A stretch of DNA of 64,000 bases from an uncultured Gammaproteobacteria bacterium. GTDB taxonomy: Bacteria; Patescibacteriota; Microgenomatia; UBA8517. The stretch covers positions 762 to 64,761 of the forward strand of contig CAYSZS010000002.1 of assembly GCA_964435575.1 (NCBI GenBank), written 5' to 3'. Position numbers and translations under genes: made by a program. The notes below the pieces were generated by a model. That model saw nothing but the letters and a program-made list of their open reading frames with translations, made no database searches and was not told the DNA's origin. Below are positions 35,510 through 45,099 of this stretch, one piece after another (within the stretch, counting starts at the first letter, position 1; each line of letters starts with the position of its first letter).

Positions 35510-36271
35510 CTAAAGCGTTTTATTTATAAGTCTGAGTGCGTTTTCCCTTGACCAGTGTTTGGGTAATAGATCCTTAGGAAGATGTGGGTCGGTTGATAAA
35601 GTTTCCACGTATATTTGAATAGCACTGGTAATAAGTTTTTTTCTTTTGTAATTTTTGGCTCGCGATGCAACCTTTATTTTATTTACTACTTTTTCGTAAT
35701 TTTTATTTATCTTTTTTAAATCCCATATTTTTTCAACTAAAGGCATAATTTTCCCGGCTAAAATCTTTTTTGCAGAAAGCACAAAAACACTATCACCCAA
35801 ACCGTGAAGTTCGAGGAACTCCCGTAAATCCTCTTCAAAATGGTAAGGGTTTATCCATACAGATTTTTGCATCATTCCAAAACCTAACTCGATAAGCTTT
35901 GTTCTTAGCAGATCCCTCGCCTTTCTTTGTTTTTCCGGAATATCAAATACTGCAATCATGAAATATCCATCCCATTTTTGATTTTTATAATGCAGCCTAA
36001 ATTTCCTTTTTAATTTTTTATTACCGGAAGAGGTAAGTATAAGGTACGCTCTACCGTGTTCATCAACTTTTCTTTCTATATCCCCGACGGAAAGCATATC
36101 CGAAACCTCTGTCAAGTAGCTGGTTTTCTTATATCTGGAAGGTATAAACCCGTATCGATTTTGCATTGCCGAAGGCAAAAATCCTCCTACCAGGCGAACT
36201 TCATCGAATAATTCACCGGAAAAAGCAGCGCTAATTAGAATATAATCCCTCAACCTCAAAAGTTTTCCCAC
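35510..36271 (-). CDS. PaaX-family-like transcriptional regulator
   Basis: C-terminal WDGYFMIAVFDIPEKQRKARDLLRTKLIELGFGMMQKSVWINP resembles the PaaX_C domain. Confidence 0.5.
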   Translation of the reverse strand: MGKLLRLRDYILISAAFSGELFDEVRLVGGFLPSAMQNRYGFIPSRYKKTSYLTEVSDMLSVGDIERKVDEHGRAYLILTSSGNKKLKRKFRLHYKNQKWDGYFMIAVFDIPEKQRKARDLLRTKLIELGFGMMQKSVWINPYHFEEDLREFLELHGLGDSVFVLSAKKILAGKIMPLVEKIWDLKKINKNYEKVVNKIKVASRAKNYKRKKLITSAIQIYVETLSTDPHLPKDLLPKHWSRENALRLINKTL

Positions 36272-36285
36272 TCAACTTTTTTACT

Positions 36286-36315
36286 ACGATCGTTATTTAA
36301 AAGTTGATCGTAATA
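36286..36315 (-). promoter_or_regulatory. Bipartite motif ACGATCGTT-N7-AGTTGATCGTAA, copy 2 (15-44 nt upstream of the PaaX-like start)
   Basis: Matches the 35476-35505 copy at all positions except the 7-nt AT spacer. Confidence 0.45.
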
Positions 36316-36372
36316 TTAATAATACCACGTCAGAGTAACCGATGTTGTAAATTAGTGAAGATCCTAAGTTGT

Positions 36373-37176
36373 TTATGATACTATGTCTATTATTCGATCC
36401 AGAATCCTGTGGTTATTTGAGGCAATAATGCCATTAAAAAAATTTCTGTTCAAACTCTTACCTCTCGAGTCAGTTATTAACGCACCTGCTTCTTGGGCTA
36501 CAAATAAGCCGGGTGCAAAGTCATGCCATTTTGGAGGATTACTTAAGTTTACGTATGCTTCTATTCCCCCTTGGGCAAGCCAGCAAAGGCCTGTATTTTC
36601 ATCGGACAAAGACCTCAGTCTATATGTCTTTTTACCGATTTCTGATAGCCTTTTGTAAGCGTTCTCATAGTTTTCTCTATTACGATGGTATAAGGGAAGA
36701 TAGCAAAATATAAAGGAATCCTCCAGTTTTTGGATTGAAGATACTTTTATACTTTTTCCGTTTAAAAAACTTCCAGTACCTTTTGCGGCACTAAATAGAC
36801 TTTCTTCGAAGGGCCTATAAACAACCGAAACAAGGAGCTCGTTTTTATATTCCAAGGCCATTGAGAAATTCCAAAGAGGAATGCCTCGTATATATTCTTT
36901 TGTGCCGTCCAAAGGGTCAATAATCCAGCGAAAGTCAGAAAGTTTGTTTATTTCACCTTTTTCTTCGGACAGGATACTATGATCAGGAAAATTTCTGGTT
37001 ATCTCGTTGATCACAAATTTTTCCGAAGCCAAATCCGTAGAAGTTACTATGTCTTTTCGATCTTTATATTTAACAATCCTGACTTTCTTTTGCTCTTTAA
37101 GAAGTATTTTTCCCGCTTCTTTTGCTAATTTTGTAGAAAATTCAAGAAAATCAATTAAATTTTGTTTAGAAAGCAT
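36373..37176 (-). CDS. Inositol monophosphatase / bisphosphate nucleotidase family protein
   Basis: WIIDPLDGT and metal-binding motifs; 267 aa. Confidence 0.75.
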   Translation of the reverse strand: MLSKQNLIDFLEFSTKLAKEAGKILLKEQKKVRIVKYKDRKDIVTSTDLASEKFVINEITRNFPDHSILSEEKGEINKLSDFRWIIDPLDGTKEYIRGIPLWNFSMALEYKNELLVSVVYRPFEESLFSAAKGTGSFLNGKSIKVSSIQKLEDSFIFCYLPLYHRNRENYENAYKRLSEIGKKTYRLRSLSDENTGLCWLAQGGIEAYVNLSNPPKWHDFAPGLFVAQEAGALITDSRGKSLNRNFFNGIIASNNHRILDRIIDIVS

Positions 37177-37185
37177 TATTAGAAA

Positions 37186-38532
37186 TCAGTCTCTTTTAAT
37201 AATATCTTTAACCAAACTGGTGCCTTTTTGGAAAAGAGATTCTGCTTTAGTTTCTGAATCACTTTCGGTAAAAATCCTGAACTCGGGTGCATTTTGGGAA
37301 GAACGGAAAAGAATCCATGTTGTTTGGTCGAGCCACATTTTTAATCCATCTCTTTCATCTATCTTGATTGCTTTAAATCTTGATTTAGCTTCCTTTAAAA
37401 TAACGTCTTGCTGTTCCCATTTATATTGAATTTTATCCTTAAAAGAGTAAAACTTAGGTAACTCCGAAATAAGTTTACTTAAGGATTTGTTTTTCTTTTT
37501 CAATATGTTTAAAAGTTTAATCGTTGTCGAACCACCATCTCTTGTCATTAATATTTCAGGGAAAATACATCCACCGTTTGGTTCAAATCCAATGGCGCTA
37601 CCTGTCGTTTTCATCTTTTCTATAACATAAGGTGCTCCTACTTTAGTGCGATAAACCTTTTTTTCTAAATGGTCAACAACTTGTGAAGTACTTATTGGCG
37701 TGACTACGGAATCGCCTTTTATATATTTTGCAATCAAAGTTGCGGAATAATCCCCGGGTATAAATTCAGAATTTTCGTCAACAAAAACTACCCTGTCGCC
37801 ATCAGCGTCGTAGCCTATGCCAAAATCCGCTTTCTCTTTTTTAACCGTCATTATCAATCCCATCATGTCAGGTTTATGCTCCGTGTCTCTTGCGTAAAAC
37901 TCTCCCTGTATAGTTGTATTTTGCTCAATGACATTAATTCCGAGCCTTTTTAGTACATATGGCATCGTGTCAGATTGTGCTCCATCGCCTGCGTCCACAA
38001 CTACTTTCCAGTTAGGGAAACTCCCGTTTGCTAATTTAACCAACATTTCTAGATATTCGTCTTTTGCGCGATTTTCGTTATGGATTTCGTATTCTTCACC
38101 TTCCTTAAATATAACTTTGTCTTTTAAAGAAGCATAAATACTTTCGATTTCTTTCTCGTGCTTTTTTAGAATTTCTTCGTTAAAAGCAAAAAATTTAATA
38201 CCATTTAAATTTGCTTGAATATGACTTCCAGAAACCATAATTGAAGATGAGTAATAATCACTTACAAGAAGTACAAAGCACATAGAAGGAACAGAAGTGG
38301 CTCCCTGGTCATAAACTTCTCTTCCCTCGTTAGTTAGTCCAGCTTCAATAGCCTCTTTAATACGGGGACTTGAACCTCTTGGATCCATTCCAGTTGCAAC
38401 CGCGCCTTCTTCTCCGTTTTGAGTTAGAAATTTTGCGAAAGTTCTGCCGATGTCAAAGCAAAACTGGTTAGTAAAAAGTTTTTCCGAATCGCCTCTAATT
38501 CCGCTTGTGCCGAATAATCCTCTTGTCATCAA
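37186..38532 (-). CDS. Phosphomannomutase/phosphoglucomutase (alpha-D-phosphohexomutase family)
   Basis: GTSGIRG, active-site SGSHIQ loop, GYDADGDR metal loop; 448 aa. Confidence 0.8.
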   Translation of the reverse strand: MMTRGLFGTSGIRGDSEKLFTNQFCFDIGRTFAKFLTQNGEEGAVATGMDPRGSSPRIKEAIEAGLTNEGREVYDQGATSVPSMCFVLLVSDYYSSSIMVSGSHIQANLNGIKFFAFNEEILKKHEKEIESIYASLKDKVIFKEGEEYEIHNENRAKDEYLEMLVKLANGSFPNWKVVVDAGDGAQSDTMPYVLKRLGINVIEQNTTIQGEFYARDTEHKPDMMGLIMTVKKEKADFGIGYDADGDRVVFVDENSEFIPGDYSATLIAKYIKGDSVVTPISTSQVVDHLEKKVYRTKVGAPYVIEKMKTTGSAIGFEPNGGCIFPEILMTRDGGSTTIKLLNILKKKNKSLSKLISELPKFYSFKDKIQYKWEQQDVILKEAKSRFKAIKIDERDGLKMWLDQTTWILFRSSQNAPEFRIFTESDSETKAESLFQKGTSLVKDIIKRD

Positions 38533-38534
38533 AT

Positions 38535-39206
38535 TTATTCTAATTTGGTTGCAATAATAAAATCAAGTAAATCACTTAAGTTTCCTTGAGAAGTTTTGGA
38601 TCTTACATCTGCTTCCGCCAATAAAGAAATAAGATTAGTTAATTGGAGATTAGTGAATTTATTTGCTTGGACTTTGAGTTTAACGATTCTCCACTCCGGA
38701 TATGTCATACTTTTGGAGTCTACTTTTATCCAATATAAGTCTCTAACCTGCTTTGCCAAAAGGGAAAAAACAAATTCTAAAGGTTGCGTTTTTACAATTT
38801 CATGAAGAAGCAGAAGTGAATTTCTTGCATTTCTTGGATAAAAAGAATCCAAAAACGACCAGATTAATTTTGGAAGTTTGAATTCTTCGACTTTATCTAC
38901 TTTAGGTAATGAGTTGATAAATGTTTCCGTAATGGTTCCGGGGTGATATATAATTAAAGTTGTATCTAATTTATCGGCTTTTAGCTTCATAAATTTTCTA
39001 ACGACCGCCCCTAAAAAAGTGATATTTTCGACGACAACCAGCTTTTCTTTTTCAAATAATGAATCAACAACCAAAGCTTCTGGAATGCTTCGGGCTGACG
39101 TAATTCTTTTGACATCCCAACCCCTTTTCTTTGCTTCCTTAATGAAAGTTAAAAGTCGTTCATAACTTTCCAATGTATTATCGCCGTGGAGAACAATTAT
39201 TTTCAT
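38535..39206 (-). CDS. DNA polymerase III delta subunit (HolA)-like, short form
   Basis: Weak resemblance of the C-terminal helical region (LLLLHEI...LLAEADVRSK) to HolA. Confidence 0.35.
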   Translation of the reverse strand: MKIIVLHGDNTLESYERLLTFIKEAKKRGWDVKRITSARSIPEALVVDSLFEKEKLVVVENITFLGAVVRKFMKLKADKLDTTLIIYHPGTITETFINSLPKVDKVEEFKLPKLIWSFLDSFYPRNARNSLLLLHEIVKTQPLEFVFSLLAKQVRDLYWIKVDSKSMTYPEWRIVKLKVQANKFTNLQLTNLISLLAEADVRSKTSQGNLSDLLDFIIATKLE

Positions 39207-39220
39207 TAGAGTAATTTAAT

Positions 39221-39652
39221 TCAACGATTTTTAAACGGTCGTTCTAAAACAGTTGAACGTTGATAATGAGCGAAAAGTTCCTCTACCCTGTCGTGGAAAT
39301 TTCTCTTGCCGCGCCTTCTTATATGCGGCAGTAAACTTCCTGAAAAATTTTTGGGAATATGGGCTATTTCGTGAAGTAATATTCTATCTTTTTCGCGCTC
39401 AGATAAATTATCAAATTTTTCACTTAAAACCTCAATTATATATGCCGGCTTTTGCTTAAGGGCAAGTTGCCAAATTTTTGACAGACCCCAGATTCTTGCA
39501 TAAGCCCTTGATGAAGAATTTAGCGAACGGAAGCAATATAGCGAAGAAGTTTTTACCCACTCTAGATTAAGTGATTTCTTTAAATGAAGTACCCTTTTTT
39601 TGATATCGGGAGCTGATTTCCACTCCACATTTACCCATTTTTTTCTTCGCAT
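39221..39652 (-). CDS. Putative Zn-metallopeptidase-like protein (SprT/DUF45-like HExxH)
   Basis: ILLHEIAHI motif; 143 aa. Confidence 0.3.
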   Translation of the reverse strand: MRRKKWVNVEWKSAPDIKKRVLHLKKSLNLEWVKTSSLYCFRSLNSSSRAYARIWGLSKIWQLALKQKPAYIIEVLSEKFDNLSEREKDRILLHEIAHIPKNFSGSLLPHIRRRGKRNFHDRVEELFAHYQRSTVLERPFKNR

Positions 39653-39754
39653 ACATTATAATTACTAAACGGTTATATGGTATGGTAATTCTGACTAATT
39701 ATTAACAACCTAACCATTTAGCCATGTAAATATTAAGCTATTATTCGTGTCGCG

Positions 39755-40009
39755 TTAAGTTATTTTATAAACTTCCGCGCCTTCTTTAAGTTCCTGACCA
39801 ACCTTTAATCCGACGACGTCTCCTTTTTTGGCGTTTTCTATCTGGTTGTGCTCGATTTGGATTGAAGAAACGTCTTGCTCGAATATATCTTCACCTCCTC
39901 TGACGAATTTAATTTTATCGCCGACCCCCAAGTCTGCGTCAAGTTCTACAATTGCAACGCCAATTTTATCGTAAAAATGAGTCACTTTTCCGACTTTAAA
40001 ATCAGCCAT
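39755..40009 (-). CDS. Small beta-barrel protein resembling EF-Tu domain 2
   Basis: 84 aa; GDKIKF...KKGDVVGLKVG pattern. Confidence 0.3.
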   Translation of the reverse strand: MADFKVGKVTHFYDKIGVAIVELDADLGVGDKIKFVRGGEDIFEQDVSSIQIEHNQIENAKKGDVVGLKVGQELKEGAEVYKIT

Positions 40010-40015
40010 TTTCTA

Positions 40016-40513
40016 TCACCTTCTCTCTATGGACAGCGCATGAGTTAGTGCAACCGCCAGTGCATCAGCTGCGTTATCAAAATGAGTTTTTTTATGAGCT
40101 TTGCTTTTGACTCTGTTACCCAGAATTTTTCTTACTGCTTTTTGGATGTCTTTCTTTTTGGCTCGGCCGCTACCGGCAATCACTTTCTTTATCGTTCCTG
40201 GAGCATATTCAACCACCCTAATTTTAGTTTTTGAGGCAGCCAGAAGTAGTACTCCCTGAGCCTGTCCCACGGCTATTGCGGTTTTTGCATTAGTCGCGAA
40301 AAAGATTTTTTCCATAGCAAAAAGATCGGGTGAGGTTCTTTTAATTAAGGAAAGAGTTTCTTTGTAAATTACTTCCAGTCGTTTTTCGTAAAATGCGTTT
40401 TTATCCGTTTCAATAAGCCCCCAACCAACTACATTTGTTTTTCCGTTCCCATCCGACTCGACCAGTCCGTAGCCTGTTGTCGCCGTACCGGGATCTATTC
40501 CGAGTATTAACAT
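40016..40513 (-). CDS. ruvC: Holliday junction resolvase RuvC
   Basis: ILGIDPGTATTGYGLV start, catalytic acidic residues, C-terminal AADALAVALTHA. Confidence 0.9.
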   Translation of the reverse strand: MLILGIDPGTATTGYGLVESDGNGKTNVVGWGLIETDKNAFYEKRLEVIYKETLSLIKRTSPDLFAMEKIFFATNAKTAIAVGQAQGVLLLAASKTKIRVVEYAPGTIKKVIAGSGRAKKKDIQKAVRKILGNRVKSKAHKKTHFDNAADALAVALTHALSIERR

Positions 40514-40584
40514 TAAACTAATTATAGCAACTTTAAAGAAAAATTACTCCAGTACCAGAAAATCCCACGTTTCGCTAGAAGACT

Positions 40585-40851
40585 TCACTTTTTTCCTTTA
40601 AATTTAAGCCTTTTAAGAAGCCCTTTAAAGGGAGACTGGGGAGGTTTTTGGAAAAAGGAAAGATATACTATTTCAAGAATTCCCACTGTACTGACCAGAA
40701 GAAGTGCTATAAACCAGTATTTTTGGCCGTTTCTGGCCGCGCGCCACAATGCGTAACCTTTCCAGAAGAAAAGCCAAGCAAGAACGATTATTAAAAGGAT
40801 TGTCGGCAAACCGTACCCGGAATTTGAAGTTAGAAAATTTTGCCAAAACAT
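40585..40851 (-). CDS. Small hypothetical membrane protein
   Basis: 88 aa, two TM segments, basic C-terminal tail. Confidence 0.35.
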   Translation of the reverse strand: MFWQNFLTSNSGYGLPTILLIIVLAWLFFWKGYALWRAARNGQKYWFIALLLVSTVGILEIVYLSFFQKPPQSPFKGLLKRLKFKGKK

Positions 40852-40859
40852 ATCTAAAT

Positions 40860-41519
40860 TTAGAAATTCACGAAGTAGATTATTTGTGACTCATTTTTTA
40901 GTTTAGTCATCCATTCCTGAAAGGCAGTAGAAAGCTTTTCCTGTTTCAATTGCTCTCTTATATCGTCTTTAAGATCCTCAAAAACGGCTTCCTCGCCGTA
41001 AAGGCTTTTGTTTTCTTCAAAATATTTTAAAGTATCTTCGTCAGAAATTACCACTTCCTCTTGTAATAATTTCTCTACTGTTTTTTGGATTTTTACATTT
41101 TCTTCCAAGTCTTCTCTCGTTTGGCCCTGAATGGAAAGAGCAGCGTCCAAAGTTGAACCTTGGGACTCAATCATTTTAGAAATATTTTCTATTTCTTTTT
41201 TAACATCTTCGTCTGAAACCGTGACGCCCTCTTTTTGAGCCTTCTGACTTATGAGCTCTTTAGTGATCAAGCTTTCAAGTGTCTGTTTACCCGCCCCCTT
41301 TTCGAGCTCTCTAACCAGCTCGAAACGCGTAATCGGACGTCCGGAAACAAGGGCTGCAATAAATAAACTCTTGCCAAGATAAAGTCCGAGGCCTACCACA
41401 ACAAGAATTAACAATATTAAGAGGTATCTTTTTGACTTTGACTTCTTAAGGTTTTTCTTAAGGGATTCTATCCGCCCCTTCGATTTATTATTTATTTTAG
41501 CCTCTAACTTCTTAGCCAT
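40860..41519 (-). CDS. Membrane-anchored SurA N-terminal-domain-like chaperone
   Basis: N-terminal TM segment. Helical region resembling the SurA_N/PpiD N-domain. Confidence 0.35.
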   Translation of the reverse strand: MAKKLEAKINNKSKGRIESLKKNLKKSKSKRYLLILLILVVVGLGLYLGKSLFIAALVSGRPITRFELVRELEKGAGKQTLESLITKELISQKAQKEGVTVSDEDVKKEIENISKMIESQGSTLDAALSIQGQTREDLEENVKIQKTVEKLLQEEVVISDEDTLKYFEENKSLYGEEAVFEDLKDDIREQLKQEKLSTAFQEWMTKLKNESQIIYFVNF

Positions 41520-41565
41520 TATTTTATGGTAGACATTAATTAATAAAAGTAAATACTCAATTTGC

Positions 41566-42180
41566 CTACTTCAGAGCACTACGTAAATTTATTTCTACCT
41601 GGTCCCAATTCACGATATTCCACCAAGCTTCTATATAATCAGCACGCCTATTCTGATACTTAAGATAGTAAGCGTGTTCCCAAACATCCAATCCCAGAAT
41701 AGGGATCCTTTTTCTTGACAAGGGTGAATCTTGATTCTCCGTATCTTCAATTACTAATTCAGAGCCGGTTACACTCAACCAAGCCCAACCGCTTCCGAAT
41801 CTTGCCAAAGCAGTTTGGCTAAATTTTTCCCTGAATGAATCGAAAGAACCGAAATTATTAGATAGGACTTTTTTTAGGAGTCCCTCCGGGCGGGAAGCCC
41901 TCTGGGCTGGACGCATAATTTTCCAAAATAGGCTGTGGTTTGAATGACCGCCGCCGCTATTTCTTACTGCGTTACGAATATTGCCGGGAAGCCTGGGGAG
42001 ATTACTGATTAGAGAGTGAACATCGAACTTGAATAGTTTGGGATATTTTTCAAGAGCCAAGTTCAGGTTGTTGATATAGGCTTGATGATGTTTCGTATGA
42101 TGTATTTTCATTGTCCGCTCGTCAATATAAGGTTCAAGCGCATTGTAAGCGTAAGGTAGCTCTGGGAGTTTATGTTCCAT
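41566..42180 (-). CDS. sodA: Fe/Mn superoxide dismutase
   Basis: HHTKHHQAYINNLN and DVWEHAYYLKYQNRR motifs. Confidence 0.9.
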   Translation of the reverse strand: MEHKLPELPYAYNALEPYIDERTMKIHHTKHHQAYINNLNLALEKYPKLFKFDVHSLISNLPRLPGNIRNAVRNSGGGHSNHSLFWKIMRPAQRASRPEGLLKKVLSNNFGSFDSFREKFSQTALARFGSGWAWLSVTGSELVIEDTENQDSPLSRKRIPILGLDVWEHAYYLKYQNRRADYIEAWWNIVNWDQVEINLRSALK

Positions 42181-42188
42181 GTTCGCTA

Positions 42189-42392
42189 TTATCTTCTAAA
42201 CCGGTTAAGTATTAAAAAAAGTATTATGGATGCGATTAAAGAGCTTCCCAAGGGAATATAGATTCTTTTTTGGCCGATGTGGATATAAATGTCTCCCGGT
42301 AGCGTAAAAGGAATAGCTCCCCTTCTTTGTATTGCATAAATAAAGGCAGTACATATAAAGTAAAGAACGAAGAAAAATTCAAGTGCGCTCAT
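42189..42392 (-). CDS. DUF2905-like small membrane protein
   Basis: 67 aa, two TM segments with an LPGD motif. Confidence 0.4.
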   Translation of the reverse strand: MSALEFFFVLYFICTAFIYAIQRRGAIPFTLPGDIYIHIGQKRIYIPLGSSLIASIILFLILNRFRR

Positions 42393-42456
42393 ACTTAAAA
42401 TATATTAGCAAAAAAAGTTTTAACAAGTCCAGTAGTTGATAGCGACCTGATTATTA

Positions 42457-43308
42457 TTGTATATTTATTTAATGGAAGACCAAGAGCCAAAAATGACGCC
42501 GCAAAAAGGTGAAACGACAGTTCACCAAGAGCAACCTAGTCCAATGCCTAAAATGGACACCGAACCGCCGCAGTCTCCTGAGCCGTCGTCGCACTTTACT
42601 CCGCCATCTCTAAAAACCGGCTTGGGGTTTAGGATTTTTGTCATATTATCTTTAATTATTGTTGCGGCTATATATGGAGGAGTCGTATATCTTTATAGTC
42701 AAAATCAGAAAATCAAAAAAGGCGAGACAAGCGAAAATATTAACTCAAACTTAACTCCGACCTCCACTCCGACCCCGTCCTTCTCCCCCGATCAGGTTAA
42801 AATTAAAAACGGCAGTGTGGTTAGGGAAATTCCCGGCGGAGAAACAACTATTCTGGTTGATAAAGAAAATTACGATTCTACAGGCATAACAGGATTTGCA
42901 AAAGTTGTAGTCTCTCCCGATGAAACAAAAATTTGCTTTGAGTCCTGGCCGCCTGCGCCGGAACCTGCTTTATATATTGCCGATATAGACGGAAGTGAGG
43001 TGTCTGAAGTAAGTCCCAATAGGCAGAATTGTGTCTGGGTTCCCGACTCCCAAAAAATTATGTATGTCAACTCTTCTTCAAAAACGACCCCTGCCAATAT
43101 TTATCTATTTTCCCCGACCGATGAGGTAGAAACAAACTTAACCAAAGATAGCGTTAGCGAGGGAACAGTTAGGCGTTACGAGATTGTAGGATTCTCGGCA
43201 GACGGCGGGAAAATAATTTGTACTTACGAGGATGTGGGGGGAACTGATGAGGGAATGGGAGGAGAATGCGAAATAGACTTAAGTACCCTTGCGGTTAACT
43301 TCCTTTAA
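42457..43308 (+). CDS. Membrane-anchored periplasmic protein with Pro-rich N-terminus and PD40/WD40-like beta-propeller repeats
   Basis: TM segment FRIFVILSLIIVAAIYGGVVYLY. SPDETKICFES...LYIADIDGSE repeats. 3' end overlaps the convergent SipW-like gene by 30 nt. Confidence 0.4.
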   Translation: MYIYLMEDQEPKMTPQKGETTVHQEQPSPMPKMDTEPPQSPEPSSHFTPPSLKTGLGFRIFVILSLIIVAAIYGGVVYLYSQNQKIKKGETSENINSNLTPTSTPTPSFSPDQVKIKNGSVVREIPGGETTILVDKENYDSTGITGFAKVVVSPDETKICFESWPPAPEPALYIADIDGSEVSEVSPNRQNCVWVPDSQKIMYVNSSSKTTPANIYLFSPTDEVETNLTKDSVSEGTVRRYEIVGFSADGGKIICTYEDVGGTDEGMGGECEIDLSTLAVNFL

Positions 43309-43935
43309 ATAGTCAACTTCATTTTTAATTAGGTAAATTGAAGGCGCAGCTATAAAAATCAGAAATCCGGGGAGCGTTTTTAGGGCGACGTCGAAATAAC
43401 CCATAAAGGGGATGATTAATACAACTTTACCCAAGATTTCACTTCTTTTCACTCTTACCGGATCGGGTTGGGAATTCGCATCCCCTTTGGTTATAAAATA
43501 ACTTGCGTCTTTCTCATTGACTTTATCAATAATTCGATGGGTAACCGCTTTTCCGCTGACAAGGCTTGTTTTAGGGTTTACTTCTTTATAGGTTATAATG
43601 TCCTCTTTCGAGTAAGATAGAGAAGGTAACGAAACCACTATGCTTCCGGGATCAATTCCCGGCGACATTGAATTTGTGGTAATTGAAGAAATTCTGACGC
43701 CGCTAGCTTTTTCGGAATACTTGGTGAGTGTAAATACTGCAATTATTCCAAGATAAACAATAAAAAACGCCGGGATTAGATTTTCGAATACTCTTTCAAT
43801 ATAAAAATCGTATTCAAAGTCGATGGCGCGAATAATGATTTTTTTTATTTTCGGTTTTAGTTTATTCCAAAAAGAAAAAAACGTGTCCATAAACCCGTAT
43901 GAGTCGCGAAGATATTCGTAAGTGCTATAACGCAT
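43279..43935 (-). CDS. SipW-type (archaeal-like) signal peptidase I, S26 family
   Basis: N-terminal TM segment. TNSMSPGIDPGSIVV (Ser box), THRII (His), GDAN box. C-terminal TM segment. Confidence 0.7.
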   Translation of the reverse strand: MRYSTYEYLRDSYGFMDTFFSFWNKLKPKIKKIIIRAIDFEYDFYIERVFENLIPAFFIVYLGIIAVFTLTKYSEKASGVRISSITTNSMSPGIDPGSIVVSLPSLSYSKEDIITYKEVNPKTSLVSGKAVTHRIIDKVNEKDASYFITKGDANSQPDPVRVKRSEILGKVVLIIPFMGYFDVALKTLPGFLIFIAAPSIYLIKNEVDYLKEVNRKGT

Positions 43936-44040
43936 AATTTTGGGGCTATTATGAGGTTATTTAGAAGAAATTTCAAATACGTATTCCAGCAGACCGCTGA
44001 ATTTCTATGTATATGATAGATTATTTAATAATGAGAAAAT

Positions 44041-44697
44041 CTAGATAACCAAGTCTTTAGCCAGTTTCTTCGCCCGTTTTTTAAAAAACTTCTTCAGTTC
44101 ATTGAGAGTTAATGGTTTTAGCATTTTGGGTAAGTATTCAAACTCCTCAACTGCCAGAAAATCGGCAGCTAAAGTTAAAGGATCGCGTTCAGTCCGGAAT
44201 TTCACTTTTACCCCCTCAATTAGGTCCCACACAGTATATTCATCAAGTAAAAAGTAAAGATCAACGTAATCTTTGACTTCGCTACGCTGGTTCATGAGCA
44301 GCAGTTTATTAACAGCGATATCTAGTAGACTGTCTACCGTTACTTTTTTATAGCTAGTCCCTGGTTCTAATCTTTTGTATGGATAATATGCGAAGTCTAA
44401 TTTTAATTTCTTGCCGCCGTCAAAATTCAAGAGGTAAATAAAAGTGTCTTCTGCCCGTTGTGGTTGAATAGTAAACTTTAACTGCTTTCCCCATTCTAAA
44501 AGAAAGGAAAATAGCATTTGATTGTCAAACCTTTTATCTGCGAAGAAATCCAAATCAAGACTTTCACGATGTTTGAGATAGACTTCACTAAGTGCCGTTC
44601 CTCCTGAAAAGTAAAAGTTGTTGGTAAGAAAAGAGTTAGCGGCGATTTTTACGAAAATACTTTTCTGCTCTGGTGTCAGTATTGTTACTTCCCCCAT
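44041..44697 (-). CDS. AbiEii/DUF1814-like nucleotidyltransferase (putative type IV toxin)
   Basis: FSGGTALSEVYLKHRESLDLDF matches the pol-beta NTase GG...DxD motif of AbiEii. Confidence 0.55.
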   Translation of the reverse strand: MGEVTILTPEQKSIFVKIAANSFLTNNFYFSGGTALSEVYLKHRESLDLDFFADKRFDNQMLFSFLLEWGKQLKFTIQPQRAEDTFIYLLNFDGGKKLKLDFAYYPYKRLEPGTSYKKVTVDSLLDIAVNKLLLMNQRSEVKDYVDLYFLLDEYTVWDLIEGVKVKFRTERDPLTLAADFLAVEEFEYLPKMLKPLTLNELKKFFKKRAKKLAKDLVI

Positions 44698-44885
44698 ATT
44701 AGAAGGTTAAAAAGGCGTTTTTTACGAGGGAAAAGTTTTAACCTATCCCAATATTTCTTGACCTTAGAAAGTTCTATTTTTTCTCCTTTCTCCGGTCCAT
44801 AATTGATCGCACGTTCCAAAAGCATTATTCGTCCATGTTCAGACTTTGCGAGTTTTTTCGCATCATAATCCCAAATATATGTCAT
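44685..44885 (-). CDS. Small hypothetical protein, possible cognate partner of the AbiEii-like NTase
   Basis: 66 aa. Overlaps the start of the NTase gene by 13 nt (translationally coupled arrangement). Confidence 0.3.
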   Translation of the reverse strand: MTYIWDYDAKKLAKSEHGRIMLLERAINYGPEKGEKIELSKVKKYWDRLKLFPRKKRLFNLLIWGK

Positions 44886-45099
44886 AAGATAATTGTATAA
44901 CTTCGTAGCAAAAGAGGCAAATTCATGTGATGGTCGCCTACATTTAGTAAGGTCAATTATATAACTTAAAAAATGATGTTGTTTTATTTATTAAGTATCA
45001 GTTGACAGGGCAAAAATGTGATGTTAGTCTAAATATACATTTTTTCTTTCAGTTATATACGTCTCCTGCCCCGAGATTATTGTCCCATATTATAGTTTG

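Noticed and set aside
45002-45030. TTGACA-17-TAGTCT as a promoter for tasA-like gene 1
   Set aside because: The -10 match is poor (3/6); not reported as a feature.
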